This document shows positions 1-8,533 of a stretch of 50,034 nt of DNA, one piece after another. The translations under genes were made by a program, and so were the position numbers. Source of the DNA: Methanobacteriota archaeon (GTDB taxonomy: Archaea > Thermoplasmatota > E2 > JACPAO01). How positions within the stretch are numbered: position 1 is the first letter of the stretch; each line of letters begins with the position of its first letter. The notes beneath the pieces were generated by a model. The model had not been told where the DNA came from. It saw nothing but the letters and a program-made list of their open reading frames with translations, and did no database searches. The stretch is from the NCBI GenBank assembly GCA_016180755.1, contig JACPAO010000072.1, forward strand, positions 1 to 50,034. The letters are read 5' to 3'.

Positions 1-2
1 TC

Positions 3-2663
3 GGCATTTTCGCCTCCGCCTTTCTCGCCGTCGTAAATCTCTTGGTTTCCGCGCCGGACTTTGGCGTCCTCTCACAGCTTGATTTGCGGCCTGGTGCCGT
101 GAACCTTCTTGACTGGCCATTTCGTACGAGGAAAACGCGAACCGCAGCCAGGGCTTCGGCAAGAATTCCAAACTCCAAATCACTTTTCATAATCCCAACT
201 TGGGGAATACCGGGTCACCCCGGTACAGGTGTCGGCGCTGCGCTCCTCAGCTACCTGCCACCGGAGACGCCAGTGGTACTTGCGGGAGGAAAAATTCGAG
301 CCTGTGCTGCCCCAAACGAAGCGCCCGCTCACGAGCGAGAAGCGGCTGAAGAGGACAGTAGGACCTACCGGCGCTTCATCGCCCGCTTCTGCTGCTCTAA
401 ACCCCGATTGCCAGGTGAGGGGTGCGAATTCCTGACCGGGGTCCAGAAACTTCTCAAAGAAGCGGATTTGACTCCGGAAAAGCGGGCCAACGTCGGCTTC
501 CCGAATCGAAAGGACTTTTCAGCGCGCCTTTGCGCCCGCGATATGGGGCTGGCTCGCACGATTCGCTTGCCAAACGGCGCCGTGGCACTCACGGTGCCGA
601 CGGAGCTGAGGGCGTTGCTTCGAGAGGTCCAATCTCCGACCAGCGAAGGTCCGCTCCGAAGCATGGCATCCGGCCTGATCAGTTGGTGGGATGAATTCCA
701 CAAGGATTCCTTCCTCCGCGAAATCGAGGGAACCGTTGAGTTGTCCCGCGCAATCACAGCGAGCGAAGTCCCCTGTCCAACGATTCTCCTTCCTTGGGCC
801 AACAATCTCGACGCGTTGCCTGCGCTGCCCAACTACTTCCATCCCGCACCGGGCGACGACTCGTTAGCTGGTGCCCCGCAGGTCCTGCGACAGATTTGGT
901 TCGCGTTACGGCCCATCTTGGACCTGGCCGGCAACATTAGCGAGTACTTCACGAAGGTGAAGGCCGGCCCGGAATCCTTCGAAAGGAACCTCTGGTCGAG
1001 GATTTCCAGGCGATGCAAAGAAGGCGAGCCGAAAGTCAACTCTGAGCGCGTCGTTGCACGTCTCGAACGGCCCCTGATCCTAGAGGGAGAAATCGGCGAT
1101 ATCCTTGCGGCCGCGCGCCGCGATTTGTCCACGAAAAAAGACGATTGGGGTCGGCTTGGCGAAAAGCGTCGCGACTGGTTCCGGACAAAGTTGATCCCGA
1201 GACTCGCCGCACTAAAGGTGAATGAGGAATTCTTTTCAAGCACGCTGACGGGAAAGCCAACCGTTGCCGAAATGCTTGCGGCACTCTCCTACGAACTTCG
1301 AGTGTCGCCCAACAACCAGGTCGAACTAGCGGCTATGATTTACGAGCGACGTGCCACGCCATGGAATCCCGACGAACGGTGGCTTCCCATGGACCCGTTT
1401 TCGCACGCCTCCCGGGTACTTCGCGAAAGCACGCCCACGTTGGAAGCCATGCAGGCAGCACTTGACCAAGTTGAGACCGAACTATCTTCAGAGCAAATCG
1501 AATGGGATGAATTCCTTCGAGTAGCGCTGGCTGCGAGGTTTGGAGTCCTTTGGGCAGAGCTAGGCGAATCCGAAGATGGTGGCCCGCTGGTGCGTCTGCG
1601 CGTTTTGGACGCGGACGTTGACCCCTCGCTATCAGACGATGACGGCCCTCCAATTCCCGCTGGGCCAGCGATCCGACCACGTTGGCATCCGTTTAGAACG
1701 CTGCTCGAAGCCGGCGCAGTTCTGGTCCTCATGAGTGCCACGCCCTATTCAGAAGAGTACATTCGGGGGTTGTTGGGCGTCGAAAGCGTCAACAGAATTC
1801 CCTACCCTAAGGGCGCCGAACGGCCGAAGGTTCGATATGCCATTGAGCTGGGCACCAAGGGAATCTACGCCACGCTGGTGAAGCACGACGAGCGATACTT
1901 TCTTCGCGACGATACGGAAAGGCTGCTAAACACGCTCGCCGACGAGATTGCGGAACCTTTCCATGTGGTCGCCCGAAACAAACGCGAGCGACAGGCTCTT
2001 CGAATATGGGCATCCCAGCGCCCAACCTCGAAACCCAGGGTCGAAGTCCACATGTTCCGCGACCAATCTTCTATGGGCGTCGAATGGCTGGAAGTTGGGA
2101 CTGGAATCACAGTGATGTTGGGCCCCCCCAAAACCCCCCTCTTCCAGTGGCATGCGCACGTTGGACTTGCACGAACTCGACTCGACCTAACGAGCGATGT
2201 CGCCGACGAATCCGCGCTGTTGGACCGAGATTGGATGGCGCACGAATTCTGCCAAACGTCGTGCAGGACGGTCCAATTGTCGCCGGACGCGGCTTTTCGC
2301 CGAACAGGCAAAGTGATCCTTCTCAACGCGTATCACGATGAGGGTTTTCTTCGAGAAGCTTCCACGAAATATGGAATCGAGATTGAATCTTGGAAAACCG
2401 TGCCGGTGACCGGCGAAACCGGACCGGTGGGGCCGAGAGCAGCACGTCTCGTGGCTGCCGTTCGCGGGTTGCCGATTCTTGCGGGATCAGCGGCTCGCGT
2501 CGTTACTTTCTCGCGCGACCGAGGTTGGTTTACCAAGCAGGACCTACGGCGACAATACGGGGGGAACGACGTCACCTGGGCTAAGGGTTTGAAAGCGGCT
2601 TTTGATGCCGGCTTCCTTGACATGAAAAGGGAAGGCAAACGGACCTTCTATCGCGAAAGGTGA
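3..2663 (+). CDS. Divergent XPD/DinG-like SF2 helicase-fold protein with putative Fe-S cysteines and C-terminal winged helix; probably 5'-partial
   Basis: Frame is open from base 3 (ORF track starts at TTG 42). Numbering from 42: Walker-A-like WPFRTRKT (25-32), motif Ia IIPT, Cys 88/117/118/128/164, Walker B DEFH (217-220), motif III LMSATP, motif V-like SMGVEW..ITVMLGPP, motif VI-like QTSCRTVQ, GKVILLN, C-terminal wHTH FTKQDLRRQYGG..AFDAGFLDMKREGKRTFY. Confidence 0.7.
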   Translation, partial: GIFASAFLAVVNLLVSAPDFGVLSQLDLRPGAVNLLDWPFRTRKTRTAARASARIPNSKSLFIIPTWGIPGHPGTGVGAALLSYLPPETPVVLAGGKIRACAAPNEAPAHEREAAEEDSRTYRRFIARFCCSKPRLPGEGCEFLTGVQKLLKEADLTPEKRANVGFPNRKDFSARLCARDMGLARTIRLPNGAVALTVPTELRALLREVQSPTSEGPLRSMASGLISWWDEFHKDSFLREIEGTVELSRAITASEVPCPTILLPWANNLDALPALPNYFHPAPGDDSLAGAPQVLRQIWFALRPILDLAGNISEYFTKVKAGPESFERNLWSRISRRCKEGEPKVNSERVVARLERPLILEGEIGDILAAARRDLSTKKDDWGRLGEKRRDWFRTKLIPRLAALKVNEEFFSSTLTGKPTVAEMLAALSYELRVSPNNQVELAAMIYERRATPWNPDERWLPMDPFSHASRVLRESTPTLEAMQAALDQVETELSSEQIEWDEFLRVALAARFGVLWAELGESEDGGPLVRLRVLDADVDPSLSDDDGPPIPAGPAIRPRWHPFRTLLEAGAVLVLMSATPYSEEYIRGLLGVESVNRIPYPKGAERPKVRYAIELGTKGIYATLVKHDERYFLRDDTERLLNTLADEIAEPFHVVARNKRERQALRIWASQRPTSKPRVEVHMFRDQSSMGVEWLEVGTGITVMLGPPKTPLFQWHAHVGLARTRLDLTSDVADESALLDRDWMAHEFCQTSCRTVQLSPDAAFRRTGKVILLNAYHDEGFLREASTKYGIEIESWKTVPVTGETGPVGPRAARLVAAVRGLPILAGSAARVVTFSRDRGWFTKQDLRRQYGGNDVTWAKGLKAAFDAGFLDMKREGKRTFYRER

Positions 2664-2702
2664 GGCCATCCTACTTCGGCACACTTAGTAGGATGCCCTC
2701 AC
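2660..2702. repeat. Inverted repeat/hairpin overlapping the helicase-like gene stop codon
   Basis: GTGAGGCCATCCTACT-N11-AGTAGGATGCCCTCAC, 15 of 16 positions pair. Confidence 0.8.
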
Positions 2703-2788
2703 AAATCCGGCACCTGCGCAGGGTGTTTTGGCTACTCAGAGGCAGGGCGAACCATAGTGGCTGGCCTAACGATCCCACGCGGTGGTCG

Positions 2789-3199
2789 TCATGGGGGCGA
2801 GCCCCCCAACTTTAGCGAGGCGCGTCTGCGCGCAAAGTCGCCAATCTGCGCTCCGTCGAATTCCAGTCGGATTCGTTGAAGTTCGTAGTGCTGCTCAACC
2901 GGGCTCCGGAAGATTGGGAAAATTGAGCCCGAAGATTCGGTGCGCGAGATGCGAGTTGGCCGTTCTTCCACGCGGTCCGATTCGAGGGTAGCCAACTTCT
3001 CCTGAACGTGGATTACACGCCCCGTCCCACGAATGAGTTCGGGAACGCCAAGGTCCTCCCCGGTGTCCGGGTTTTTAAGCGGTTTCCCCCTCCCAAAAAT
3101 CAGAAACTCTTGGCCCAAGGCGACTCCCTCGCGGGTCCCGCCGGCGATGATCAGTTGGGTTGGGCTGATAATTTCAACGACGACGAATTCGTTTGGCAT
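2789..3199 (-). CDS. FlgT C-terminal-domain-like small beta-barrel protein
   Basis: IIAGGTREGVALGQEFLIF..LKNPDTGEDLG..GRVIHVQEKLA pattern; ATG directly follows the upstream TAA. Confidence 0.7.
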   Translation of the reverse strand: MPNEFVVVEIISPTQLIIAGGTREGVALGQEFLIFGRGKPLKNPDTGEDLGVPELIRGTGRVIHVQEKLATLESDRVEERPTRISRTESSGSIFPIFRSPVEQHYELQRIRLEFDGAQIGDFARRRASLKLGGSPP

Positions 3200-3760
3200 T
3201 TAGCGTACCCCATAATCCCGGAATTGTTCGAGAAGTTTTGCGTCGATAAGCGGCGTGGCGTACAAGCCCTTCAGCTTCGATTGGTCGTTGAAGTAACTCG
3301 CGATATCCAAGTTCGTCGGAGACGGCGACTCCTGCACTGCTTGAATCTGCTGACCGGCAATGATTTTCCTGATGGACAATATGCAAAGAGCTTGGTGCGC
3401 GCCGGAACTCCTTGCGTATAATGTCAGAATGCCATTCTCCTGGACGGTCGGATTGTAGGCAAGAACGACGATTTTCTCGCCCGCGGCAACTCCTTCTCCT
3501 GGAATCAGGTATCGCGCCCGTATCCGATCGGCTTGGTTGAGGAAAAACCGGTAGCTCTGCCGGATGATTTTCGTCGTGAACATCGCCAGGAAAAGGAACG
3601 CGAGGACGAGGAGGGCCTCCTGAAATCCGAACCAAGGAACCTCGGCAAACGTAAGCAGAAATTGGACGACGCCAAGGATGCCGAGGAAGGCCTCTAGCTT
3701 TCCCCAACCTTGGGCCAGGATCGCCACTGTGAAGTTGGCCAGCCGCGTCCACTCTACCAC
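3200..3760 (-). CDS. Hypothetical protein, two N-terminal TM helices plus beta-rich domain
   Basis: 186-aa ORF with two hydrophobic segments; stop abuts the next start (TAAATG). Confidence 0.7.
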   Translation of the reverse strand: MVEWTRLANFTVAILAQGWGKLEAFLGILGVVQFLLTFAEVPWFGFQEALLVLAFLFLAMFTTKIIRQSYRFFLNQADRIRARYLIPGEGVAAGEKIVVLAYNPTVQENGILTLYARSSGAHQALCILSIRKIIAGQQIQAVQESPSPTNLDIASYFNDQSKLKGLYATPLIDAKLLEQFRDYGVR

Positions 3761-3994
3761 GAGTCCCCCAACCCCGCGCTCGTAAAGAAGCGTTTGCTGC
3801 GGCGCCCAGCGCGTTATGAATCTCGCCTAGCCTGGCGCTTCCCGTTCCTTGGCACTACATCCCATGAGCAAGGCCAAAACCCTAAAAACGCCCGGCCCAA
3901 CAGGCATAAGGCGCACTCCTCGCGCGCGCGTGTGAACGCGCGTTTCGTTCAAGTAGTTACGCTGCGGCGTGGCGCCCCCGGGAACCGCAGAGGA

Positions 3995-4741
3995 TCAGCC
4001 GTCCTTTTTCGGCGATTCCTGGCTCCTCGATGATGCGACTTGGGGGAAGGCCTCTATGGCCGGAACGCCCGAGTCGCATTCGAACTCGGAACTGGCCGTC
4101 TCACCCAAAAGCGGCTTCACAAACAATCGGCAGGTTTGTCCGTTGAGGGCAAGGATTTCCGCCGGCCGCACGCCCGCTTCAAAGTGGGCCAAGACTTCCG
4201 TAATTGCCCCCCGACTCACGAGGTCTCCAGGGCGATACTCGTCGCCCGGCGCGCCGCTGCGGGGCGATTGCATGAACGGGCTAGGTGATCCAACGCGAAG
4301 GGGGAAACGCCGCCAGGTGCGCCAGGGTCGACCTATTCGAACTGTCACTCGTTCGATGCTGCTTGCCGCCCCCATGTTGGCAATCTTGAACGCGAGGAAA
4401 TAGGACGCGTTCCCGGAGTTGAACATCGTTCGGAGAGAGGCGTCGAGAACACGGAACCTGGAACGGTCGCGGTCCCTCTCAAGTCGGTACAGCATCACTG
4501 TGGTGGCGACCAGCATTGCGGAGAGGAAAACGTTGGAAACCCCGGCAAATGCGGCCGAATCCGTCGACCCGAACCGCGCCAAAATTAAACGAACAACAGG
4601 GCTGAGTAATATTGCCACGAGCGCGAAGAGGCCCGCGGCCGTCACCAGTGCAAGCGCCATGAATGCGGCGAGGGCGATTCGTCGTGGCAGGGTTTCGTAC
4701 CAATCAATGGTTGCCCGTCGACCACGCACAAACGCTCCCAT
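3995..4741 (-). CDS. Hypothetical membrane protein (2 TM plus soluble domain)
   Basis: 248-aa ATG ORF with two long hydrophobic stretches. Confidence 0.55.
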   Translation of the reverse strand: MGAFVRGRRATIDWYETLPRRIALAAFMALALVTAAGLFALVAILLSPVVRLILARFGSTDSAAFAGVSNVFLSAMLVATTVMLYRLERDRDRSRFRVLDASLRTMFNSGNASYFLAFKIANMGAASSIERVTVRIGRPWRTWRRFPLRVGSPSPFMQSPRSGAPGDEYRPGDLVSRGAITEVLAHFEAGVRPAEILALNGQTCRLFVKPLLGETASSEFECDSGVPAIEAFPQVASSRSQESPKKDG

Positions 4742-4821
4742 GACGTTCGACGTAATTAGTCCCTCGCCGCGTGGAGATTCCGAGTGGACCCGTCCCGTTC
4801 AAGTTGCCATGCCGCGAGGTC

Positions 4822-4998
4822 CTACTTGATCAACCAAACCGCTTTCTTCAATCTGACATCGTTTCCATCGACAACGAACACTACGTAGTCGCCTCGTTTT
4901 ACGCCCAGCGCCGCTTGCACGTCTGGAGGAACCACGATCCGGGAGTAACGATCAATCAGCTTCGGCTTTGGCGCCTGCGACCGTAGTGTCCTTGCCAC
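4822..4998 (-). CDS. AbrB/MazE/SpoVT-family DNA-binding protein
   Basis: IDRYSRIVVPPDVQAALGVKRGDYVVFVVDGNDVRLKK swapped-hairpin signature; GTG start at 4998 inferred. Confidence 0.85.
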   Translation of the reverse strand: MARTLRSQAPKPKLIDRYSRIVVPPDVQAALGVKRGDYVVFVVDGNDVRLKKAVWLIK

Positions 4999-5002
4999 GC
5001 AC

Positions 5003-5055
5003 GGCAAATTGGAAAGAGCAATATGGCAGGTCTCGGCAAATTGCCAAATTGGCAA
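5003..5055. promoter_or_regulatory. Cluster of GGCAA/TTGCC palindromes between divergent genes; putative operator
   Basis: GGCAAATTGG (5003-5012), GGCAAATTGCC (5035-5045), TTGCCAA-A-TTGGCAA (5041-5055). Confidence 0.5.
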
Positions 5056-5097
5056 AAGGATATTACCTGGGAAATTTACAGGAATGAGGTTCCGACA

Positions 5098-5688
5098 ATG
5101 GCTGGGTCAACGTCGCAGCAATTGAATTGGCTGGTTGGAGGGGCCGCGGCCGTCATGGTCGTGTTTGTCGGGTTGGCAGTGTACCTTTCCCCGGTTGAAG
5201 AGGGCTCGCCGCCTCCTGCCACGGTCGCCGCTCAAACGACTGGCCCCGTTTCCCCCTGCAATGCAAGCATCAGTGCCCTTGAATCCGGTCGAACGGAGCG
5301 CGCGGATCAAGATGTGAACATTGTTGTTTACCAGAATCGATCGCAAATGGATGTCTACGGCATCAATCTGAAAACAGACAAGCTCGCGCACGGAACTCTA
5401 GCAATTTTGTGGCGTGAGGCAACCGGCGAGCCTGGCGCCACCGGGGACCACAGTCGAATTGTTTGCCAGACAGCCTTCGGCGACGTTGAAAGCCAAGCGT
5501 TCTACAACCCCGACACACAGCGAGAGGAATCGGCGATTATTCGGCGCCTCCGCACAGACGATTTCTTCGATTCCTGCCCCTCAGCCTCCTACTTTGAGAA
5601 TTGCAATCGCATAGTCGAGATCATGTTCTTCCCCGACAATCAGACCTTCTACTGGTCTGGATGGGACCGGGCCAACTATCCCCGTTGA
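5098..5688 (+). CDS. Membrane-anchored extracellular hypothetical protein with four Cys
   Basis: ATG preceded by GAGGT and an AT-rich box; single N-terminal TM followed by a Pro-rich linker. Confidence 0.7.
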   Translation: MAGSTSQQLNWLVGGAAAVMVVFVGLAVYLSPVEEGSPPPATVAAQTTGPVSPCNASISALESGRTERADQDVNIVVYQNRSQMDVYGINLKTDKLAHGTLAILWREATGEPGATGDHSRIVCQTAFGDVESQAFYNPDTQREESAIIRRLRTDDFFDSCPSASYFENCNRIVEIMFFPDNQTFYWSGWDRANYPR

Positions 5689-5708
5689 GGCCCCCTGAAC
5701 GGGCCAGG

Positions 5709-6551
5709 CTAATAGTTGGGCAGGAACCGTTCGTAGTTTTCTCGCAATGCGGCGTCTGACAAGTGAAGGTAGCGCATCGTCGTTTCAATCCGGGAGTGCC
5801 GAAGCTGACGCTGAACAAACGGAAGCGGACATCCCTTGGACAGAAGGTTCGTCGCCAAGGCGTGACGGAACATGTGTGGGCTCACGACCTTCTGCACGCC
5901 GGCCTTGCGTCCATACGCCCGGCATAGGACGCGCAGGCGCTGCGTGGAGAGCTTCTCGCCCGTTGGCCCGGGGAAGAGCCACTCGGGGCCTTCCGGGCGC
6001 AGGCCGGCCCGCAGGAACCCGCTCAGAGCATCCAGCGCGGCCTGGGCAATTGGGACCTCCGCGGATTTACCACCCTTGCCCAGTTGAACCACGATCTGCT
6101 TGCGGTCAAAGGACACGTCGTCTCGTTTGAGGCTGCAAAGCTCTGCGACGCGCAACCCGGTGTACGCCATGACATAAAAGAGCGCGCGGTCCCTGATCGA
6201 GTCGATGACGAACAGGATGGACTGCACTTCTTGCTCCGTGAGAAAGCGCGGCACACGCGTCTTCTCGGGCGAGGGGGGCTTTACCGCGAGATCGGTGCCG
6301 ATGAAGCGGCCGTAGTCCTTGAAGGCCAAGCAGATGTTCCCGACGTAGTCCCTATGGTACCCATCCAGGACGAACTGCTCCTTCGCCCTCTGGATTTGTT
6401 CCTTGGTTGGGTTCAGCGTCTTCCAAACCCGCAGGTGCTGCCGGACGATGGCCGACCTCATCCGGGCCGTGGTCCGTGACATGCCGCGTTCAACGATCAG
6501 GTGGTTCTCGAAACTCTTCTTGCGTGCTTCCAGCGCGGGGTGGTCTTCCAT
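5709..6551 (-). CDS. Tyrosine recombinase/integrase (XerA/pNOB8-like, not split)
   Basis: YTGLRVAEL (R), GKGGK (K), HMFRH (HxxR), LRHS, TTMRY catalytic residues; ATG at 6551 with GGAGG upstream. Confidence 0.95.
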   Translation of the reverse strand: MEDHPALEARKKSFENHLIVERGMSRTTARMRSAIVRQHLRVWKTLNPTKEQIQRAKEQFVLDGYHRDYVGNICLAFKDYGRFIGTDLAVKPPSPEKTRVPRFLTEQEVQSILFVIDSIRDRALFYVMAYTGLRVAELCSLKRDDVSFDRKQIVVQLGKGGKSAEVPIAQAALDALSGFLRAGLRPEGPEWLFPGPTGEKLSTQRLRVLCRAYGRKAGVQKVVSPHMFRHALATNLLSKGCPLPFVQRQLRHSRIETTMRYLHLSDAALRENYERFLPNY

Positions 6552-6617
6552 GTGGAACCCTCCAGGTTCGTGTCGGAACTGTGGTTGCGCCTCGGAGGGG
6601 GGCAAATGACCCGGCCA

Positions 6618-6697
6618 ACAGGAGAGAAACCGGCCAACGGCGACAGATTCAGGGTCTGTTCCTTAGTGGTTCTCCGGTTCGAATCCGGACTCCTGCA
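6618..6697 (+). tRNA. Partial/pseudo tRNA-Leu(CAG), interpreted as the att-site copy
   Basis: Anticodon arm ACAGA-TTCAGGG-TCTGT, long variable arm, T arm TCCGG-TTCGAAT-CCGGA, 3' acceptor CTCCTGC-A; 5' D-stem strand is missing (AGAAAC instead of a GCC-type stem). Confidence 0.75.
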
Positions 6698-7045
6698 TTC
6701 GCTTCCCCCTCCGCTCGCCGCGTTTCAGGCCGCGACGACCAACCTACGATCCCCCCTGGATCCCGGCCGGAACCCCCCGACGTCCGCCGATGCCCCCTAG
6801 AAGACGTGCCGACCCATGAGCGGAGGGCCAGCCAAGGGCGGGTCGGTCGGCGCGCGTGCAGCGGACGTGCCGAAAGATTTCATGCAGGTAGCACGGAAGG
6901 GGACTACCTATAGGCTGTCGAGTGTGGGAGTCTTCCCCTGTGCTAAGGAATATCAAGGGGACCCTGCCGAGCGGGCCGGTCAGGCGAGACATCGGAATCC
7001 GCCGTCGGGAAACCTAATAAGCGCCGCCGTTCACCGCATCGCGCC

Positions 7046-7984
7046 ATGAAACGGGTGTGGGCGGGCATCGCGGCGCTGCTCCTTGCCGGATGCCTCGGGG
7101 CCGAGACGAAGAGTGCGGACGAGCCCACCGCCGAACCGACCACCTCGTCGTCCGACCTCGGGACGCTCGTCGTGACCGTCACCACGCCGGAGGTAGTTCC
7201 CGTCGAGGGCGCTGAGGTCGTGGCGGAGGGGCCGACGCCGAAGAGCGCGTTCACCGACGCGAAGGGCGCCGCGACGTTGACCGACCTCGAGCCCGGCAAC
7301 TACACGGTCCTCGCCGCCCGCGCCGGCTACCGACCCCTGCAGGAGCGCGGCCGCCTCGTCGACGTCCTTTCCGGCGAAACCGTCGAGGTCAAGCTCGTCC
7401 TCGAGCCGGTCGAGATCGTGAACGCCTCGAACGCCTACCACATGACCCTCCCCTTCAACGGCTTCATGGGCTGCAGCATCGCCGGGGCCCCCGGCACGAT
7501 CGGCTACACGACGTACTGCAGCCGCGGCCTCACCGTGTACGGCCAAGGCGTGCGCGACCCCAACGACAACTCGACCCATTTCTGGAACATCGAGAGCCGC
7601 CTCATCGTAGGCATGGTCCACGAGATGAAGTGGCAGCCGACGCTCCCCGGCACGGCCGGGATGCTCCGCATCGGCACGTACCGCACCTACTCGTGCACGG
7701 GCCAGGCCGGCGTCGGGCAGGCATGCACGCCGGCCGGGGCGATCGCCGAGCACTGGGGCGCCTCCCCCGTCTCCGGCACGAAGCTCGAAGGCGACGGGAA
7801 GAACATCACGAAGAACTACGCGAAGGACGCGCCGTTCCCGCAACAGGTGCGCACCGAGGTGCGCGCCGAGTGCTCGGGTTCGTGCTCCCCCTTCACGTTC
7901 GTGTTCCAGCAGCGCTACGAGGCCTGGGTGAGCTCGTTCTACGGCCTTGAGCCGCCTGCCGGCTGGAGCGTCTTTCCCAAGTAG
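7046..7984 (+). CDS. Lipoprotein with carboxypeptidase-regulatory-like domain and Cys-containing C-terminal domain
   Basis: Lipobox LAGC; VEGAEV..TDAKG..LEPGNYTVLA..GY motif; C-terminus resembles the 38409-41600 paralogs. Confidence 0.8.
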   Translation: MKRVWAGIAALLLAGCLGAETKSADEPTAEPTTSSSDLGTLVVTVTTPEVVPVEGAEVVAEGPTPKSAFTDAKGAATLTDLEPGNYTVLAARAGYRPLQERGRLVDVLSGETVEVKLVLEPVEIVNASNAYHMTLPFNGFMGCSIAGAPGTIGYTTYCSRGLTVYGQGVRDPNDNSTHFWNIESRLIVGMVHEMKWQPTLPGTAGMLRIGTYRTYSCTGQAGVGQACTPAGAIAEHWGASPVSGTKLEGDGKNITKNYAKDAPFPQQVRTEVRAECSGSCSPFTFVFQQRYEAWVSSFYGLEPPAGWSVFPK

Positions 7985-8106
7985 CGTCCGCCGCCTCGTG
8001 TCCGAAGGCCCTTACACGCAAACAAGAGGAGGAGTTTGAAACCGGGCACCCGCCGACCGAGGCGGCCGCCAGGAACGCAGCTCATGGAAACCCTTATCTC
8101 AAATGA

Positions 8107-8128
8107 CTGATAATCATCTATCAGATGA
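8107..8128. promoter_or_regulatory. Overlapping inverted repeats at the TA operon start; putative autorepression operator
   Basis: CTGATA-N6-TATCAG (8107-8124) and TCATCT-N3-AGATGA (8114-8128), downstream of a CTTATC TATA-like box. Confidence 0.5.
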
Positions 8129-8532
8129 GCGAACTCGTGATCCGGAGCATGGGCCTGAAGGCCCGCGACGCCGTCGTTCTCGGTGAGACCATCCATCGGG
8201 GCGTCTCGGCAGCCGCCGTCCAGCGGCTCCTCGACGCGAGCGGTTGGACCAAATCCCAACTGTTCGAGTGGGCTCACATTCCCCCCGCTAACGGCAACCG
8301 CAGGTTCCGGGCAGGCCACTTCCAGGACCACGAATCGGAACGCATCGCGCGCCTGGCCCGCGCCTTCGACCAGGCCCAGGACATGCTCCGGGACCGGCAC
8401 CGGGCCGCGCGGTGGATGCAAGAGGCCAACCCCCGCCTCGGCGGGCGCAGCCCAGTCCAAGTGTGCGGCACCGAGTTCGGCGCCCGGGAAGTCGAAGCCG
8501 TGATCGGCCGACTCCGCCACGGCGTGTACTAG
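8125..8532 (+). CDS. Xre/MbcA/ParS-family antitoxin
   Basis: ESERIARLAR..A.RWMQEANPRLGGRSP..GAREVEAVIGRLRHGVY. Confidence 0.9.
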   Translation: MSELVIRSMGLKARDAVVLGETIHRGVSAAAVQRLLDASGWTKSQLFEWAHIPPANGNRRFRAGHFQDHESERIARLARAFDQAQDMLRDRHRAARWMQEANPRLGGRSPVQVCGTEFGAREVEAVIGRLRHGVY

Positions 8533-8533
8533 C

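Larger units (their letters stand above)
1..6697. mobile_element. Right arm of a tRNA-Leu-targeting integrated element (provirus or integrative plasmid); left end lies outside the window
   Basis: Tyrosine integrase next to a tRNA-Leu 3' fragment; visibly lower GC and different codon usage than the sequence after ~7000; AbrB regulator and only non-core genes. Confidence 0.85.

Noticed and set aside
6552..6665. SSV-type integrase split by the att site
   Set aside because: The frame extends into the tRNA fragment but stops at 6663-6665, and a good RBS plus ATG at 6551 gives a complete 280-aa integrase
6698..7045. Possible small ORF (6816-7049) or ncRNA after the att site
   Set aside because: No recognisable motif and only short, weak stems
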